A program made the translations under genes and the position numbers. A stretch of 64,000 nucleotides of DNA. It comes from Chloroflexota bacterium. Its GTDB lineage: Bacteria; Chloroflexota; Dehalococcoidia; Lucifugimonadales; JADFKI01. Shown piece after piece: positions 47,665-58,507 of the stretch. The stretch lies in NCBI GenBank assembly GCA_027623195.1, contig JAQBUT010000001.1, forward strand, positions 32,001 through 96,000, given 5' to 3'. Every line of letters starts with the position of its first letter. Within the stretch, counting starts at the first letter, position 1. Below the pieces are notes generated by a model that was not told the origin of the DNA, ran no database searches, and worked only from the letters and a program-made list of their open reading frames with translations.

Positions 47665-48258
47665 ATGGTGGTTAAGACTACATATCCCATTCTCGGCTAT
47701 CCGACCGTTCACCTGACTAACGGTGGCGTTCAGGTAATCATTAGACCTATGGTTCCGGAGGACCGAAACGATCTGCTGGACTTCTTCCAGCGCATCCCGG
47801 CCGAGGACAGGTTTTACCTGAAAGAGGACGTTACCGATCCCAGGGTGATTGAACGGTGGGCCGAGACAGTGGATTACAATCGAACCCTCCCACTGCTGGC
47901 CATTATGGACAAAAAGATCGTGGCCGACGCAACGCTCCACAGAAGCAGAGCTGGAGCAAGGAGGCACGTGGGGGAAATCAGAATCGTTGTGGACCCTGAG
48001 TACCGCAACGCTGGAATCGGAAGGGGACTTCTACACAAGATCGCGGAGCTAGCAATGGACAAGGGCATAAACAAGCTCATGTTCGAGGTGATAGCGGATA
48101 CGGAAGAGGCTGCAAGGCGCACGGCCATCATACAGGGCTTCTACCCGGCAGCAGTGCTTCGCGACCATGTGCAGGACATGGATGGCAGGCCCCATGACCT
48201 CATCATCATGGAGATGATGGTTACGGAGACTCTGCCAGGACCGCTAGACATCTACTAG
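47665..48258 (+). CDS. GNAT N-acetyltransferase
   Basis: IRPM, VADATLHR, VDPEYRNAGIG. Confidence 0.88.
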   Translation: MVVKTTYPILGYPTVHLTNGGVQVIIRPMVPEDRNDLLDFFQRIPAEDRFYLKEDVTDPRVIERWAETVDYNRTLPLLAIMDKKIVADATLHRSRAGARRHVGEIRIVVDPEYRNAGIGRGLLHKIAELAMDKGINKLMFEVIADTEEAARRTAIIQGFYPAAVLRDHVQDMDGRPHDLIIMEMMVTETLPGPLDIY

Positions 48259-48360
48259 CGTCGGCCACAAAAGCTGGGGTCGGGCTTTCATCCATAGCTG
48301 CAAGAGCCCGATCCGACATTCCAAGAATGCTGGATATCCTGTGTTAGGTGGGAACGTACC

Positions 48361-48939
48361 ATGACTGTCTTTAAAATGACCGCATATCCTAAAGAGGTCG
48401 AAGTTCCCAACAAGCGCACCTTTATCATCAGACCAATGCGTGCTGAAGACGATGGCGCCCTGTTGGACTTTTTCCTACGAATCCCTGAAGACGAGCGCTT
48501 CTACCTTAAAGAGGACGTGACATCCCCAGGAGTGATTCGTCAGTGGGTCGAGAACCTGAACTACTCCAGGGCCCTGCCCTTGCTGGCCTTCGTTGGCGAT
48601 CGTATTGTCGCTGACGGGACCCTGCACAGACGACGGGCCGGAGCGACCAAGCACAGGGGAGAGATCCGGGTGGTGGTGGATCCCGAGTTCAGAAACATGG
48701 GCGTCGGCACGGAGCTGATGAGAGAGTTGATTGACATAGCTCGGGACTCGGACCTGGAGCGCATTACCCTGGAACTGGTGGCGCAGGAACAGGAATCCGC
48801 ATTGCTAACGGCAGAGGCGTTGGGCTTTGTGAGGCTGGCCACCGTGCCCAATTACTATAGGGACGCCAATGGCAAACCACACGACATGCTCATGATGGAA
48901 CTTCCACTTGGTAAGTGGCAAGAATGGTGGGACTTCTAA
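48361..48939 (+). CDS. GNAT N-acetyltransferase (paralog 2)
   Basis: IRPM, FYLKEDVT, VDPEFRNMGVG. Confidence 0.88.
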   Translation: MTVFKMTAYPKEVEVPNKRTFIIRPMRAEDDGALLDFFLRIPEDERFYLKEDVTSPGVIRQWVENLNYSRALPLLAFVGDRIVADGTLHRRRAGATKHRGEIRVVVDPEFRNMGVGTELMRELIDIARDSDLERITLELVAQEQESALLTAEALGFVRLATVPNYYRDANGKPHDMLMMELPLGKWQEWWDF

Positions 48940-49379
48940 TGCGATACGAAAAAATACTGGTACCGCTAGACGGCTCAAGGCAAGCCGAGTACATCCTGCC
49001 TCAACTGGAGGCGATGGTTAAGGCGTTCGACGCAGACGTAACTTTGTTACACGTGGTGGCTGATAAGCACACCAACGGACCGGAGCCCACGCGATCGCAA
49101 AAGGACGCTGGCACTGACATCACCGGGTATATGGAACACATTGCGGAAGCGCTTAGAGGGAAAAAGGTCCGTTGCGAGTGGCAACTAACTCACGGCGATC
49201 CTGCGGAGGAGATCGCCAAATTCGCGGCGACGGATATGGCAGACCTGATAATCATGACGACGCATGGCCAAGGCACTACAAAGAAGGTCAGAACCGGCAG
49301 CGTAGCGATGGAGATTATCTCGTCTAACCAAATACCCGTCATGCTGGTGCGGCCCCCGATATCGATTCTGGATCGATAG
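48939..49379 (+). CDS. Universal stress protein
   Basis: ILVPLDGS, GDPAEEI, IMTTHG, GSVA. Confidence 0.9.
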   Translation: MRYEKILVPLDGSRQAEYILPQLEAMVKAFDADVTLLHVVADKHTNGPEPTRSQKDAGTDITGYMEHIAEALRGKKVRCEWQLTHGDPAEEIAKFAATDMADLIIMTTHGQGTTKKVRTGSVAMEIISSNQIPVMLVRPPISILDR

Positions 49380-49458
49380 GCCGAACCGATACGGCGACCT
49401 GAAGGCTACCCAGAGAGGGGCCTGCGAGCATCTAGAATCACGAACAGGGGAGGTCATC

Positions 49459-50040
49459 ATGGACGTTAACATCGTACTCCAGAGATACCCATTCGACGTC
49501 AAGTTGGAGGACGGTTCGGAATTCACCATCCGGCCGCTGGCGAAGGAAGACAAAATCAGGCTGGCGAGGTTCTTCCAGACTGTTTCTGAAGAGGACCGAT
49601 TCTACCTCAAGGAAAACGTAACGGCGCCAGAGATAATTCACGGGTGGATCGACAACATGAACTACGAGCGGGCCGTACCTATTCTGGCCATTGTAGACGG
49701 AAATATTGTTGCCGACGCCACCCTGCACAGAAGCCGAACTCCTGCCAGAATGCACGTAGGGGAGCTTCGAGTTGTCGTTCATCCGAACTACCGGGGTGTA
49801 GGTTTAGGAGCCCGCCTGATTCAAGAGCTGATTGATCTCGGCAGGGCTTTGGAATTGGAGATACTCTTCTTCGAGTTGGTGGACAGGCGGGAAATGGGCG
49901 CTATCCACGCTGCGGCCACAGCAGGATTCGAGGAAGTGGCCGTTCTCAGAAATCGTGTTAAGGACGTTTACGGCAGCCTGCAAGACCTGGTTATAATGGA
50001 AAGGTCCCTGGAGAGCGAAATGGCGTACGGTCACTTCTGA
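49459..50040 (+). CDS. GNAT N-acetyltransferase (paralog 3)
   Basis: IRPL, FYLKENVT, VHPNYRGVGLG. Confidence 0.88.
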   Translation: MDVNIVLQRYPFDVKLEDGSEFTIRPLAKEDKIRLARFFQTVSEEDRFYLKENVTAPEIIHGWIDNMNYERAVPILAIVDGNIVADATLHRSRTPARMHVGELRVVVHPNYRGVGLGARLIQELIDLGRALELEILFFELVDRREMGAIHAAATAGFEEVAVLRNRVKDVYGSLQDLVIMERSLESEMAYGHF

Positions 50041-50049
50041 GGCAAATAG

Positions 50050-51432
50050 ATGTTCAACAGGCGCGATGCACCGGTTGCGGGAGTCGACACCAGTCTTAAA
50101 CGAGAACTTGGGCTGTTCGAGCTTACCGCAACCGGTGTTGGCGTTATCCTGGGCGCCGGCATATACGTCATCATCGGCAAGGCAGCAGGCCTGGCAGGCA
50201 GCGCGATCTGGATTCCCTTCCTACTGGGTGCGCTGGCCGCCTCTCTTACAGGCCTTAGCTACGCCGAACTATCCTCCATGTTTCCCAAATCTGCCGCATC
50301 CTTCGAATTCACCCGCCGGGCCTTTGGGCTCCGCGTGGCCTTCGTCGTTGGTTGGCTTATGCTACTCTCACACATCATATCGTCTGCCGCAGTAGCGCTG
50401 GGCTTCGGCGGATACCTCTCCTCATTCATAGGATTCCCCATTGTGCCGATGGCTGTTGGGCTCATCGTGGTGAGTTCCTTCGTGCTTATAATGGGCATTA
50501 AGCAGACGGTATGGATAGGAGTCCTGTTCACGGCCTTCGAGATTGGCGGACTGCTGCTGGTAATCTTCGTATCCACCAGGTTCATTGGCACCGTGAGCTA
50601 CCTGGAAATGCCGGAGGGCATTTTCGGACTCTTCAAAGCCACCACGCTGCTGTTCTTCGCTTATCTGGGCTTTGAGCAGGTTGCCAACCTTGGCGAAGAG
50701 GTACGCAACGCCAAAAAGACAGTTCCAATGGCCATATTGCTGGCCATCGGAATAACGTCTGCCTTCTACATTGCGATTTCGGTAGCCAGCGTCAGCGCGT
50801 TGGACTGGCGTGAGTTGAGCCAGTCCGACGCTCCGTTGGCCGACGTCGTGCAGGCTGCCACCGGTGCCAAGACGTCGTTCGTCATCGGAATCATTGCGCT
50901 TTTTGCAACAGCCAACACAGTGCTGTTCCTGCTGCTGACGTCTACGAGAACCATGTACGGAATGTCCAACTCCAACACGCTGCCAAAGCTGCTGGCCATA
51001 GTCCATCCACGCAGGAAGACGCCCTGGGTGGCGACGCTAGTGGCTGCTGTTGTAGCGTCCTCATTCGCTCTGCTCGGCGATATCGCGGTGGTTGCCCAGC
51101 TCTCGAACTTCGCCGTGCTGGTGGCCTTCGTCATGGTAAACGCATCGCTCATATGGCTACGGCGGACCAAGCCGGAAATCGAGAGAGGCTTCCGCGCTCC
51201 CCTTAACGTGGGGAACCTACCGATTACGGCGGTGCTAGGCATAGGCTTCTCACTGTCCATGCTGGCTAACGTCGCCATTGCAGCACTGCTGGTGGGCCTG
51301 GTAGTGGCCGCTGCCGGAATACTGCTGCCCCTTGTGCTTCCGGACTTCGGCAAGGACCCTGAAGACGTCGGCGGGACCAAAGTGGGCATTGCAGCGGAGG
51401 CGACAACTGGCCCTGCCAAATACGACGCATAA
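50050..51432 (+). CDS. APC family amino acid permease
   Basis: LKRELG, GAGIY, SYAELSS.FP, FFAYLGFE. Confidence 0.93.
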   Translation: MFNRRDAPVAGVDTSLKRELGLFELTATGVGVILGAGIYVIIGKAAGLAGSAIWIPFLLGALAASLTGLSYAELSSMFPKSAASFEFTRRAFGLRVAFVVGWLMLLSHIISSAAVALGFGGYLSSFIGFPIVPMAVGLIVVSSFVLIMGIKQTVWIGVLFTAFEIGGLLLVIFVSTRFIGTVSYLEMPEGIFGLFKATTLLFFAYLGFEQVANLGEEVRNAKKTVPMAILLAIGITSAFYIAISVASVSALDWRELSQSDAPLADVVQAATGAKTSFVIGIIALFATANTVLFLLLTSTRTMYGMSNSNTLPKLLAIVHPRRKTPWVATLVAAVVASSFALLGDIAVVAQLSNFAVLVAFVMVNASLIWLRRTKPEIERGFRAPLNVGNLPITAVLGIGFSLSMLANVAIAALLVGLVVAAAGILLPLVLPDFGKDPEDVGGTKVGIAAEATTGPAKYDA

Positions 51433-51559
51433 TCACGATTTCCTCATACTGCGAGGTCTCTGCCTCACGCGTTCTTCACACTGACACTGATTAAATGCCA
51501 GTGTAGGAACAAATAAGGCACTCCGAAGCTATTTCCAGGCTTTGGGAAAGGAGTCGATC

Positions 51560-51790
51560 ATGGAAGCAATGACTCTGGTACGCGAAAAACCCGACACGCG
51601 AATCACTACCACCAAGCGTGTAAACCGGATATATCTCGGCAGCTACATGCCCTTTGCGGGGGTCAAATACTACGGCATTTTCACGGACCGCGACATCATA
51701 GAAGGCCGCACAGACATTGGACCCGTAGGGTGGCATTCCAAGGCACCTGCCCCTGACGACGAACCTGCCAAAGTACTACTAGCAGCCTGA
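51560..51790 (+). CDS. Small hypothetical protein
   Basis: RBS AAGGAG; 76 aa, ends 11 nt before the next gene. Confidence 0.5.
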   Translation: MEAMTLVREKPDTRITTTKRVNRIYLGSYMPFAGVKYYGIFTDRDIIEGRTDIGPVGWHSKAPAPDDEPAKVLLAA

Positions 51791-51801
51791 GAGATGTTGT
51801 T

Positions 51802-53490
51802 ATGCCTACTCTTGTTGAACGGCGCTACACTTTAGTGGACGCGCTGCTTCGTCCGGAAGCGTATCCAGATGAGCCTACGAAAGTGACTCTACTTGAGACC
51901 CACGTATCATACCTTTTCTTCGTAGACGATGTGGTGTACAAGGTTAAGAAGCCAGTGGACTACGGTTTCCTGGATTTTACCAATCTGGGAAAACGGCGCT
52001 TCTACTGCGATCGTGAAGTAGCACTCAACAGCCGAATGTCCCCGGATGTGTACATGGGCGTCGTGCCAATTCGCCAAGACGGAAACGACATACGTGTTGA
52101 AGGTCCGGGCAAGACTATTGAGTACGCCGTGAAGATGCACCGGCTGGACGCCGACAAGGCGGTGTCTGAACTGCTGAGACGTGGCTTGCTTACCAGCGGA
52201 GACGTGCGCGCAATAGCCCGAAAGGTCGCTCGATTTCACGAGACAGCCGCCACAGGCACAGAGGTAAACGATCTGGGCGATCTTTCCTCAATACGGCGAA
52301 ACATTGAAGAAAACTTTGAGCAAACCGAACGGTTCATTGGTAAAACGATTACCTCTGACGAGTACGAAGACCTGGTGGAGTACAGCCGGGCCTTTATGCG
52401 CAAAAATGCAACGATGTTCCGACTGCGCACACGCCAAGGTCGAATCAGAGACGGCCACGGTGACCTCCACGCATCCAACATTTTTTTGGGTGGAGAGCCA
52501 GAGGCCATGCCAAAAGACGGCCTTGGGGCAGTGGCGGACGCCGAACGAGAGGGCCTGCTAAGGATTGAGCCCGTCAGTATATTGCCCGAAAAAATCCACA
52601 TCATAGACTGCATAGAGTTCAACGACCGGTTCCGCTGCGCAGACGTTGCCGAAGATATAGCATTCCTGGCCATGGACCTGGACTATTTCGGCCGACCCGA
52701 CCTTTCTCGCGAATTCGTGGAGGCCTACGTAGAGGCGTCGGGAGACACCGGTGTTATGGCGTTGATGGATTTCTTCAAGACGTACAGGGCCTACGTTCGT
52801 GGGAAGGTGACAAGTTTCCGGCTGGATAATCCCGACCTCACAAACGAAGAGAGGCTAAGCGTCGCGGGGGAGGCGGAGGCGTACTTCCGGCTGGCCCGAA
52901 GCTACGCGCTGCTGTCCGTTCCCAGGCCCGCACTGTTCATAGTGGGAGGCCTCATGGGAACGGGCAAGAGTTCCATCGCCGAGGAGTTGGCCAACCGCTG
53001 GGATCTGCATTACATTTCGTCCGACCTGACAAGGAAGCGTCTGGCGGATGTGGCCGCGACGCAACATCGGTACGAGGAGTACGGAGAGGGCATCTACTCC
53101 GCCGAGTACACACGGATGACGTACGAAGTCATGCTGGATGAGGCGCGAGGCAGGCTGGCAAGTGGTGAGCCTGTGGTGGTGGATGCGACGTTTCGCGCGG
53201 TTGAAGAACGCCAAAGATTCTCGGATGCAGCGGCATCACTGCGACTGGAGACTTTCGTAGTAGAGTGCACTGCTGCCGAGGGGGAAATCAAACGCCGCCT
53301 GGAGGCCAGAATAACGCACGCCGAAGAGACCATCTCCGACGGCAGATGGGAGCTTTACCGCAGGCAACAAGCCGACTGGGAGCCCATCACAGAGGTCCGC
53401 GCCAATCGCCTGGTGCAACTGGACACCACAGGTCCACGAAGCGAGAATCTTCGCAAGCTTGTCGGGGAGATTTTCTTCAGGGTAATGTAG
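51802..53490 (+). CDS. APH-like kinase / P-loop kinase fusion (Rv2004c-like)
   Basis: ETHVS, KVKKPV..GFLDF, DGHGDLH, IDCIEFN, GLMGTGKS. Confidence 0.9.
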   Translation: MPTLVERRYTLVDALLRPEAYPDEPTKVTLLETHVSYLFFVDDVVYKVKKPVDYGFLDFTNLGKRRFYCDREVALNSRMSPDVYMGVVPIRQDGNDIRVEGPGKTIEYAVKMHRLDADKAVSELLRRGLLTSGDVRAIARKVARFHETAATGTEVNDLGDLSSIRRNIEENFEQTERFIGKTITSDEYEDLVEYSRAFMRKNATMFRLRTRQGRIRDGHGDLHASNIFLGGEPEAMPKDGLGAVADAEREGLLRIEPVSILPEKIHIIDCIEFNDRFRCADVAEDIAFLAMDLDYFGRPDLSREFVEAYVEASGDTGVMALMDFFKTYRAYVRGKVTSFRLDNPDLTNEERLSVAGEAEAYFRLARSYALLSVPRPALFIVGGLMGTGKSSIAEELANRWDLHYISSDLTRKRLADVAATQHRYEEYGEGIYSAEYTRMTYEVMLDEARGRLASGEPVVVDATFRAVEERQRFSDAAASLRLETFVVECTAAEGEIKRRLEARITHAEETISDGRWELYRRQQADWEPITEVRANRLVQLDTTGPRSENLRKLVGEIFFRVM

Positions 53491-53493
53491 GGG

Positions 53494-54456
53494 TTAGGCG
53501 GTTACGTACCTATTAACACCTGCCAACAAGCGATAGCATGTTTCCAAGGTCGGCGTCGCTATGCCCAATTTCCCTGCCTCTTTAAGAGCATACCCCAATG
53601 TCTCCTCTACCTCAATACGACGTCCGCGCTCCAAGTCCTGAAGGGTCGATAACTTGTGGGTTGGAGCGACTGATTCAAAATACCGGCCCATGGCCTGGAT
53701 CTGCTCTACCGTCTCGTCAAACGGCACAGAACAAAGAGTTTTTGCCGGCAAGGGCGGGATATCCTCAAGAACGATACCCAGTTTTTCCGGGATGCGAGCA
53801 ATCTCCCGCAGTAAACCTGCCATTAAGTGAGAGTGATCAGGGTCGGAAAGAAATTTGTACGTTTCCAAACGGGTGAGTGCTGACATAGCTACAATGGCCA
53901 TCCAGGGCACAAACTTGGACCATTCCATGCTGACTATGTGGTCGCTGACTTGCGCTCCGACCCCAGATTTTACTAACGCATCAACTATCTCATGGACGCG
54001 CTGAGTCTTCTCTCCCAGGAGTTCCCCGATATATATACTCTCATTTATTGTGAATTCTACTTCTCCGTTAGGCCGTAGCTCCCCGCTTGCAGCGGTCGCA
54101 ACCCCTAGGGTGGCCTGCTGGCCAAATACCTCAGAAATCTGCTCATCCTTCATCACTCCGTTTTGAACAGACAGCACGCTCCGCGCGTTGACGTGCGCAA
54201 CGCTGGCTAATGCTTCATCCATGTCATATGTCTTGACCGTAATGATGAGAACATCGACATCCGTTAGCAGCATGGGATCGGTAACAACAGTGCAGGGGAC
54301 ATTGATGTCGGATAGACCGGTGATGGTGAATCCGTGTCCCTTCAGGTGTGCGGCGCGGCTCCCACGAGCGATTACCTGAACATCATACCCAGCCTTGATC
54401 AGATGCGCAGCTATGATAGAGCCCAGTGCTCCAACTCCCAGAACAGCGAATTTCAC
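53494..54456 (-). CDS. panE: 2-dehydropantoate 2-reductase family protein
   Basis: GVGALG, TVKTY, QNG, WSK, S.LQD...GR..E. Confidence 0.8.
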   Translation of the reverse strand: MKFAVLGVGALGSIIAAHLIKAGYDVQVIARGSRAAHLKGHGFTITGLSDINVPCTVVTDPMLLTDVDVLIITVKTYDMDEALASVAHVNARSVLSVQNGVMKDEQISEVFGQQATLGVATAASGELRPNGEVEFTINESIYIGELLGEKTQRVHEIVDALVKSGVGAQVSDHIVSMEWSKFVPWMAIVAMSALTRLETYKFLSDPDHSHLMAGLLREIARIPEKLGIVLEDIPPLPAKTLCSVPFDETVEQIQAMGRYFESVAPTHKLSTLQDLERGRRIEVEETLGYALKEAGKLGIATPTLETCYRLLAGVNRYVTA

Positions 54457-54523
54457 AGGAAATTACTCCTCATTAAGTCCGTTGGTAAAAACCTATCAGA
54501 TTGCCGTCGGTTCAAATCAACTG

Positions 54524-55000
54524 CTAACTCTGCTCCATTCCCATTTTCAGTATCCTGTCCCACTGCTTCTTCGTAACCGACTGGATGGACAGGCGGGAGT
54601 TGTTGACCAGCACCATGTCCTCCAAGCCTTTGGTGTTCCTGATCTCCTGAAGGGTTACGGGGCGCTTGAGTTCGATGCCTGCCTTGATGTCCACCATGTA
54701 CCAGATGGGAGCGTCCGGCGTGCTCTTTGGGTCAGGGTGCTCCGAGTCCGGGTCCCAGGCCGTGTCGTCGGGGTAGCCCTCCTGAACGACCACAGCTGTG
54801 CCGACTATGGCATTGGGCTTGGCGTTGGAGTGGTAGAACAGCACACCGTCGCCGATCTTCATCTCATCTCGCATGTAGTTCCGCCCGGTGTAGCTGCGAA
54901 CGCCGTCCCACTCTGCCGTCTGGTCTTCCTCTTTCTGAAGGTGGGAGTATGAATAGGCGCCGGGCTCCGACTTCATAAGCCAATATCGTTTTGCTGCCAT
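54524..55000 (-). CDS. EVE domain protein
   Basis: YWLMKSEP, WDGVR.Y, FYHS, SRLS. Confidence 0.95.
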   Translation of the reverse strand: MAAKRYWLMKSEPGAYSYSHLQKEEDQTAEWDGVRSYTGRNYMRDEMKIGDGVLFYHSNAKPNAIVGTAVVVQEGYPDDTAWDPDSEHPDPKSTPDAPIWYMVDIKAGIELKRPVTLQEIRNTKGLEDMVLVNNSRLSIQSVTKKQWDRILKMGMEQS

Positions 55001-55250
55001 AGTGTTCCTTATTCACATTTATTTAGGGTTTGGAGTCCCTATCATGAGTCTGATTATAACGAACCTACGGAAGGGATAATAACAAGCTGCCGCTTCAACC
55101 ATAAAGGAGGGCCGGCAGAGCGGTTGATGGTAATGTAATAAGGGGGAAATCTCAAGGCATGTTGTTAAATTCAACAAACGTCCGCACCATGACCTTGTAT
55201 AGTAGCCCACCATGGCATTTATGCCTGATAAATATACACGGAGGCAAAAG

Positions 55251-55733
55251 GTGGCCAAATTCGCCGTAGAATCCCGAATCGATGTCCCCAAGGCCCGGGT
55301 GTGGGAGGTGTTATCCAACCTGGGGAGTATATACAAGTGGAACCCTGGCGTTACCAGTTCCCATTCAACGTCGGAGTCCGGCAGCGGCGAGGGCGCGACT
55401 CGCCACTGTGACATCAGCAACGGCCCCATTAAGGGCTACCTTGAAGAGCGCGCTCTTGACTGGCGCGAGGGCGAAGGCTTCAAGATTGACATTTATGATA
55501 CAAACCTCCCTCTCAAAAGCAACGTGGTGGAGTTCTCGGTGAGGGCCGACGGCGAAAGCACGGTAGTTACTGTTTCGCCGGAATATACGATCAAGTTCGG
55601 CATTGTGGGAAAGCTTATGGACGCTCTGATGATGCGGCGGCAGATGAGGAAGGGCATGGAGGGGCTATTGGCGGGCCTAAAATACCACGTCGAAACGGGC
55701 AACGAGGTGGGGAATAAGGTTCCGGCGGTGTAA
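55251..55733 (+). CDS. SRPBCC family protein
   Basis: VWEVL...KWNP, GATRHC, LKYHVE; GTG start after GGAGG. Confidence 0.88.
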   Translation: MAKFAVESRIDVPKARVWEVLSNLGSIYKWNPGVTSSHSTSESGSGEGATRHCDISNGPIKGYLEERALDWREGEGFKIDIYDTNLPLKSNVVEFSVRADGESTVVTVSPEYTIKFGIVGKLMDALMMRRQMRKGMEGLLAGLKYHVETGNEVGNKVPAV

Positions 55734-55848
55734 GGCGCAAAGGTCTCGTAATATCCCTCGACTGTCATTTACTGTAAAATCCAACAGAACCTACGAATTG
55801 ACGGAAGTTTAACGCACTCGTACGCCAGATGAGAATACGTGGGTACAT

Positions 55849-58365
55849 TTGACAGCCTCAGACGTCGATGCAGCAAATAAAATATACACTCCCGGGGAGT
55901 TCCTTGGATTCGAGCCGGGTGAGGACCGTCGATTAGCCGACTGGCCTCAGATCGTCGACTACTTCCACATGCTGGGCCGCCTGTCGGACAGGGTCATCAC
56001 CGAGGACGTCGGCAAGACCACCGAAGGCAATCCTTTCCTCATAGCCACCATCTCCTCCCCCGATAACCTGGCGAATCTCGAAATGTACCGCGCCATCCAG
56101 AAGAGGCTGGCCGACCCACGGACTATCGGGGATGACGCCGAGGCCGACCGATTCATCTCGCAGGGCAAGGCCATTGTCGCCGTTACGTGCAGCATACACG
56201 CCACGGAGGTGGGCGCGACCCAGATGTCGCCACTGCTGGCGCACCACCTGGCCACCAGCGACGACGAAGAAGTGCGACGCATCCTGGATGAAGTAATACT
56301 GCTGCTAATCCCCTCCCTCAATCCCGATGGTCTGATATCCGTCAAGAAGTGGTACGACAGCACAATCGGCACGTCCTACGAAGGGGTCATGCCGCCGTTC
56401 CTCTACCACAAGTACACGGGCCACGACAATAATCGGGACTGGTTCATGTTCACGCAGGCGGAGACCAGGCTGGTCCTGAAGCACTGCCTAAACGCCTGGC
56501 ACCCGCAGATTCTTTACGACCTTCACCAGACGCGGTCGACCGGTATGCGCATGATTTTGCCTCCCTTCGTGGACCCTGTCGGGCCTAACGTTGATCCTAT
56601 ATTGCAGAGCGAACTGGCCATGCTGGGCTCCTCAATCGCCTCCGAGCTTACGGCTCAGGGCAAGGCTGGCGTTGCCATTAACGTCGTGTACGACGCTTAC
56701 AGCCCCAATCGAACTTATCAGCATTACCACGGTGGCATACGCCTTCTGTCAGAGGCTGCCAGCGTCAAAATTGCATCGCCGATAGAGCTTCAAAGTAATC
56801 AAATCAGTTCGGACCGAGGAGAGTCACCATCCGCGAAGTCTTGGAACCATCCCATGCCGTGGAATGCAGGCACCTGGCGGCTTCGAGACATCGTGGACTA
56901 CGACTTCGCGGCGGTGATGGCATGCCTGAATAACGCCGCCCGAAACAGAGACACCTGGTTGCGGAACTTCTACAGGGTAGGCAGAGCGGCCATGGCTGCC
57001 AATGGAAGCCCTTTCGCATTCCTAATACCGGAAAAGCAGCGGGATGCCCACGCGGCTTCGGAGTTACTCAACGTTATGAAGATGGGCCTGGTGGAGATTC
57101 AGGAGGCCGTACAGCCATTTCAGGCGGACGGCATCACATACTCTCCAGGCACCAAGGTTATTCTGACCTCGCAACCGTATGGAGCCTTTGCCAAGACTCT
57201 TCTGGGCCCACACATTTACCCGGATTCGCGGGCTGAGTCTGACGGCTCTCCCATAACGCCGTACGACGTTACCGCTCACTGCTTGCCTATCAAGATGGGC
57301 GTGGACGTCTACGAGGCGAAGTCACCGTTTATTGCGGAGTTGAAAAGACTGGGGAGTGTTCAGCCGCCCAAAGGCCGCGTGCTGGTGAACGGCCACGACA
57401 AGGTGGAGGCCTACCTCCTTCGGCCAGAGACAAACGCCAGCTTCCGAGCAATCAATCGCATACTGGAAACCGGCGCCAAGGTTTCGTGGGCCAGAGAGCC
57501 CATCCGCATGAATGGCAGCCACTTTCCGCCGGGCACCTTCGTGGTTCATGGCGGCAACGGTATGAGCAAACTCGCGGAGTCCATAGCAGCCGAAGAGTCG
57601 TTGGACCTCACGGCAGCGCCGGAGGTTCCATACATGGTCGCGTTCGGTCTATCCATGCCTCGAATTGGTCTGTACAGGAGCTACGTGCCTGCCGTGGAAG
57701 AGGGCTGGACCCGATACATATTAGACGACTACGAATTTGGCTACCAGTCGATCAACGACAGCGATATTCAGCAGGGCGACCTCCACCAGCGGTTCGATGC
57801 AATAGTGCTGCCCCATCAGCACACCCGCCAAATGCACCAAGGCCATAGCGCTAGCTACTACCACCCGGACTACACAGGGGGGTTGGGAGATAAGGGCGCG
57901 GAGAAGCTGAAGACATTCGTAGAGGAGGGCGGTACACTAGTCACGTGGGATAGTTCCTCCAGATACGCAATCAGGCACCTGGAGTTGCCCATTAAAAACA
58001 TGCTGGCTGGCTTCTCCCGCAGCGAGTTCTTCGCGCCGGGCACTCTGGTGCGCATGCTTCTTGATACCAACCACCCCCTGGCATACGGCATGCCGGACAG
58101 GGCTGCGGCAATGTTCTTCAATGGCCCGGCCTTCGACGTGAGTGAGGGTAGGGTGGTCGGCAAGTATCCCCTCAGAAATCCGTTGTTAAGCGGCTTGCTC
58201 ATCGGCCCGGAGAAGCTTTACGGTCGCACGGCTCTGGCCACAGTGCCCCTGGGCAAAGGCCAGGTTGTTCTCATGAGTTTCAGGGTCCACTTCCGGGCGC
58301 AGGTCCGCAACACATACAAGATACTGTTCAACTCGCTGTACCACAGCGCGGTAGCTCCAGAGTAA
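55849..58365 (+). CDS. M14 zinc carboxypeptidase family protein
   Basis: SIHATE, NPDG, DNNRDW, DLHQ; EGWTRY C-terminal domain. Confidence 0.9.
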   Translation: MTASDVDAANKIYTPGEFLGFEPGEDRRLADWPQIVDYFHMLGRLSDRVITEDVGKTTEGNPFLIATISSPDNLANLEMYRAIQKRLADPRTIGDDAEADRFISQGKAIVAVTCSIHATEVGATQMSPLLAHHLATSDDEEVRRILDEVILLLIPSLNPDGLISVKKWYDSTIGTSYEGVMPPFLYHKYTGHDNNRDWFMFTQAETRLVLKHCLNAWHPQILYDLHQTRSTGMRMILPPFVDPVGPNVDPILQSELAMLGSSIASELTAQGKAGVAINVVYDAYSPNRTYQHYHGGIRLLSEAASVKIASPIELQSNQISSDRGESPSAKSWNHPMPWNAGTWRLRDIVDYDFAAVMACLNNAARNRDTWLRNFYRVGRAAMAANGSPFAFLIPEKQRDAHAASELLNVMKMGLVEIQEAVQPFQADGITYSPGTKVILTSQPYGAFAKTLLGPHIYPDSRAESDGSPITPYDVTAHCLPIKMGVDVYEAKSPFIAELKRLGSVQPPKGRVLVNGHDKVEAYLLRPETNASFRAINRILETGAKVSWAREPIRMNGSHFPPGTFVVHGGNGMSKLAESIAAEESLDLTAAPEVPYMVAFGLSMPRIGLYRSYVPAVEEGWTRYILDDYEFGYQSINDSDIQQGDLHQRFDAIVLPHQHTRQMHQGHSASYYHPDYTGGLGDKGAEKLKTFVEEGGTLVTWDSSSRYAIRHLELPIKNMLAGFSRSEFFAPGTLVRMLLDTNHPLAYGMPDRAAAMFFNGPAFDVSEGRVVGKYPLRNPLLSGLLIGPEKLYGRTALATVPLGKGQVVLMSFRVHFRAQVRNTYKILFNSLYHSAVAPE

Positions 58366-58507
58366 CAGCTTTTCAATATTCAACGAAGCTCACTCCAATT
58401 ATTTTCACATTTCGGTGGCTGGTTGCCCTTTTCGATTCGCCCCATTAAAGTAGCCCCATTATCTGGCCTAACATCATTTACGCAGTCCATTACTCAGGAG
58501 GTTTCCG

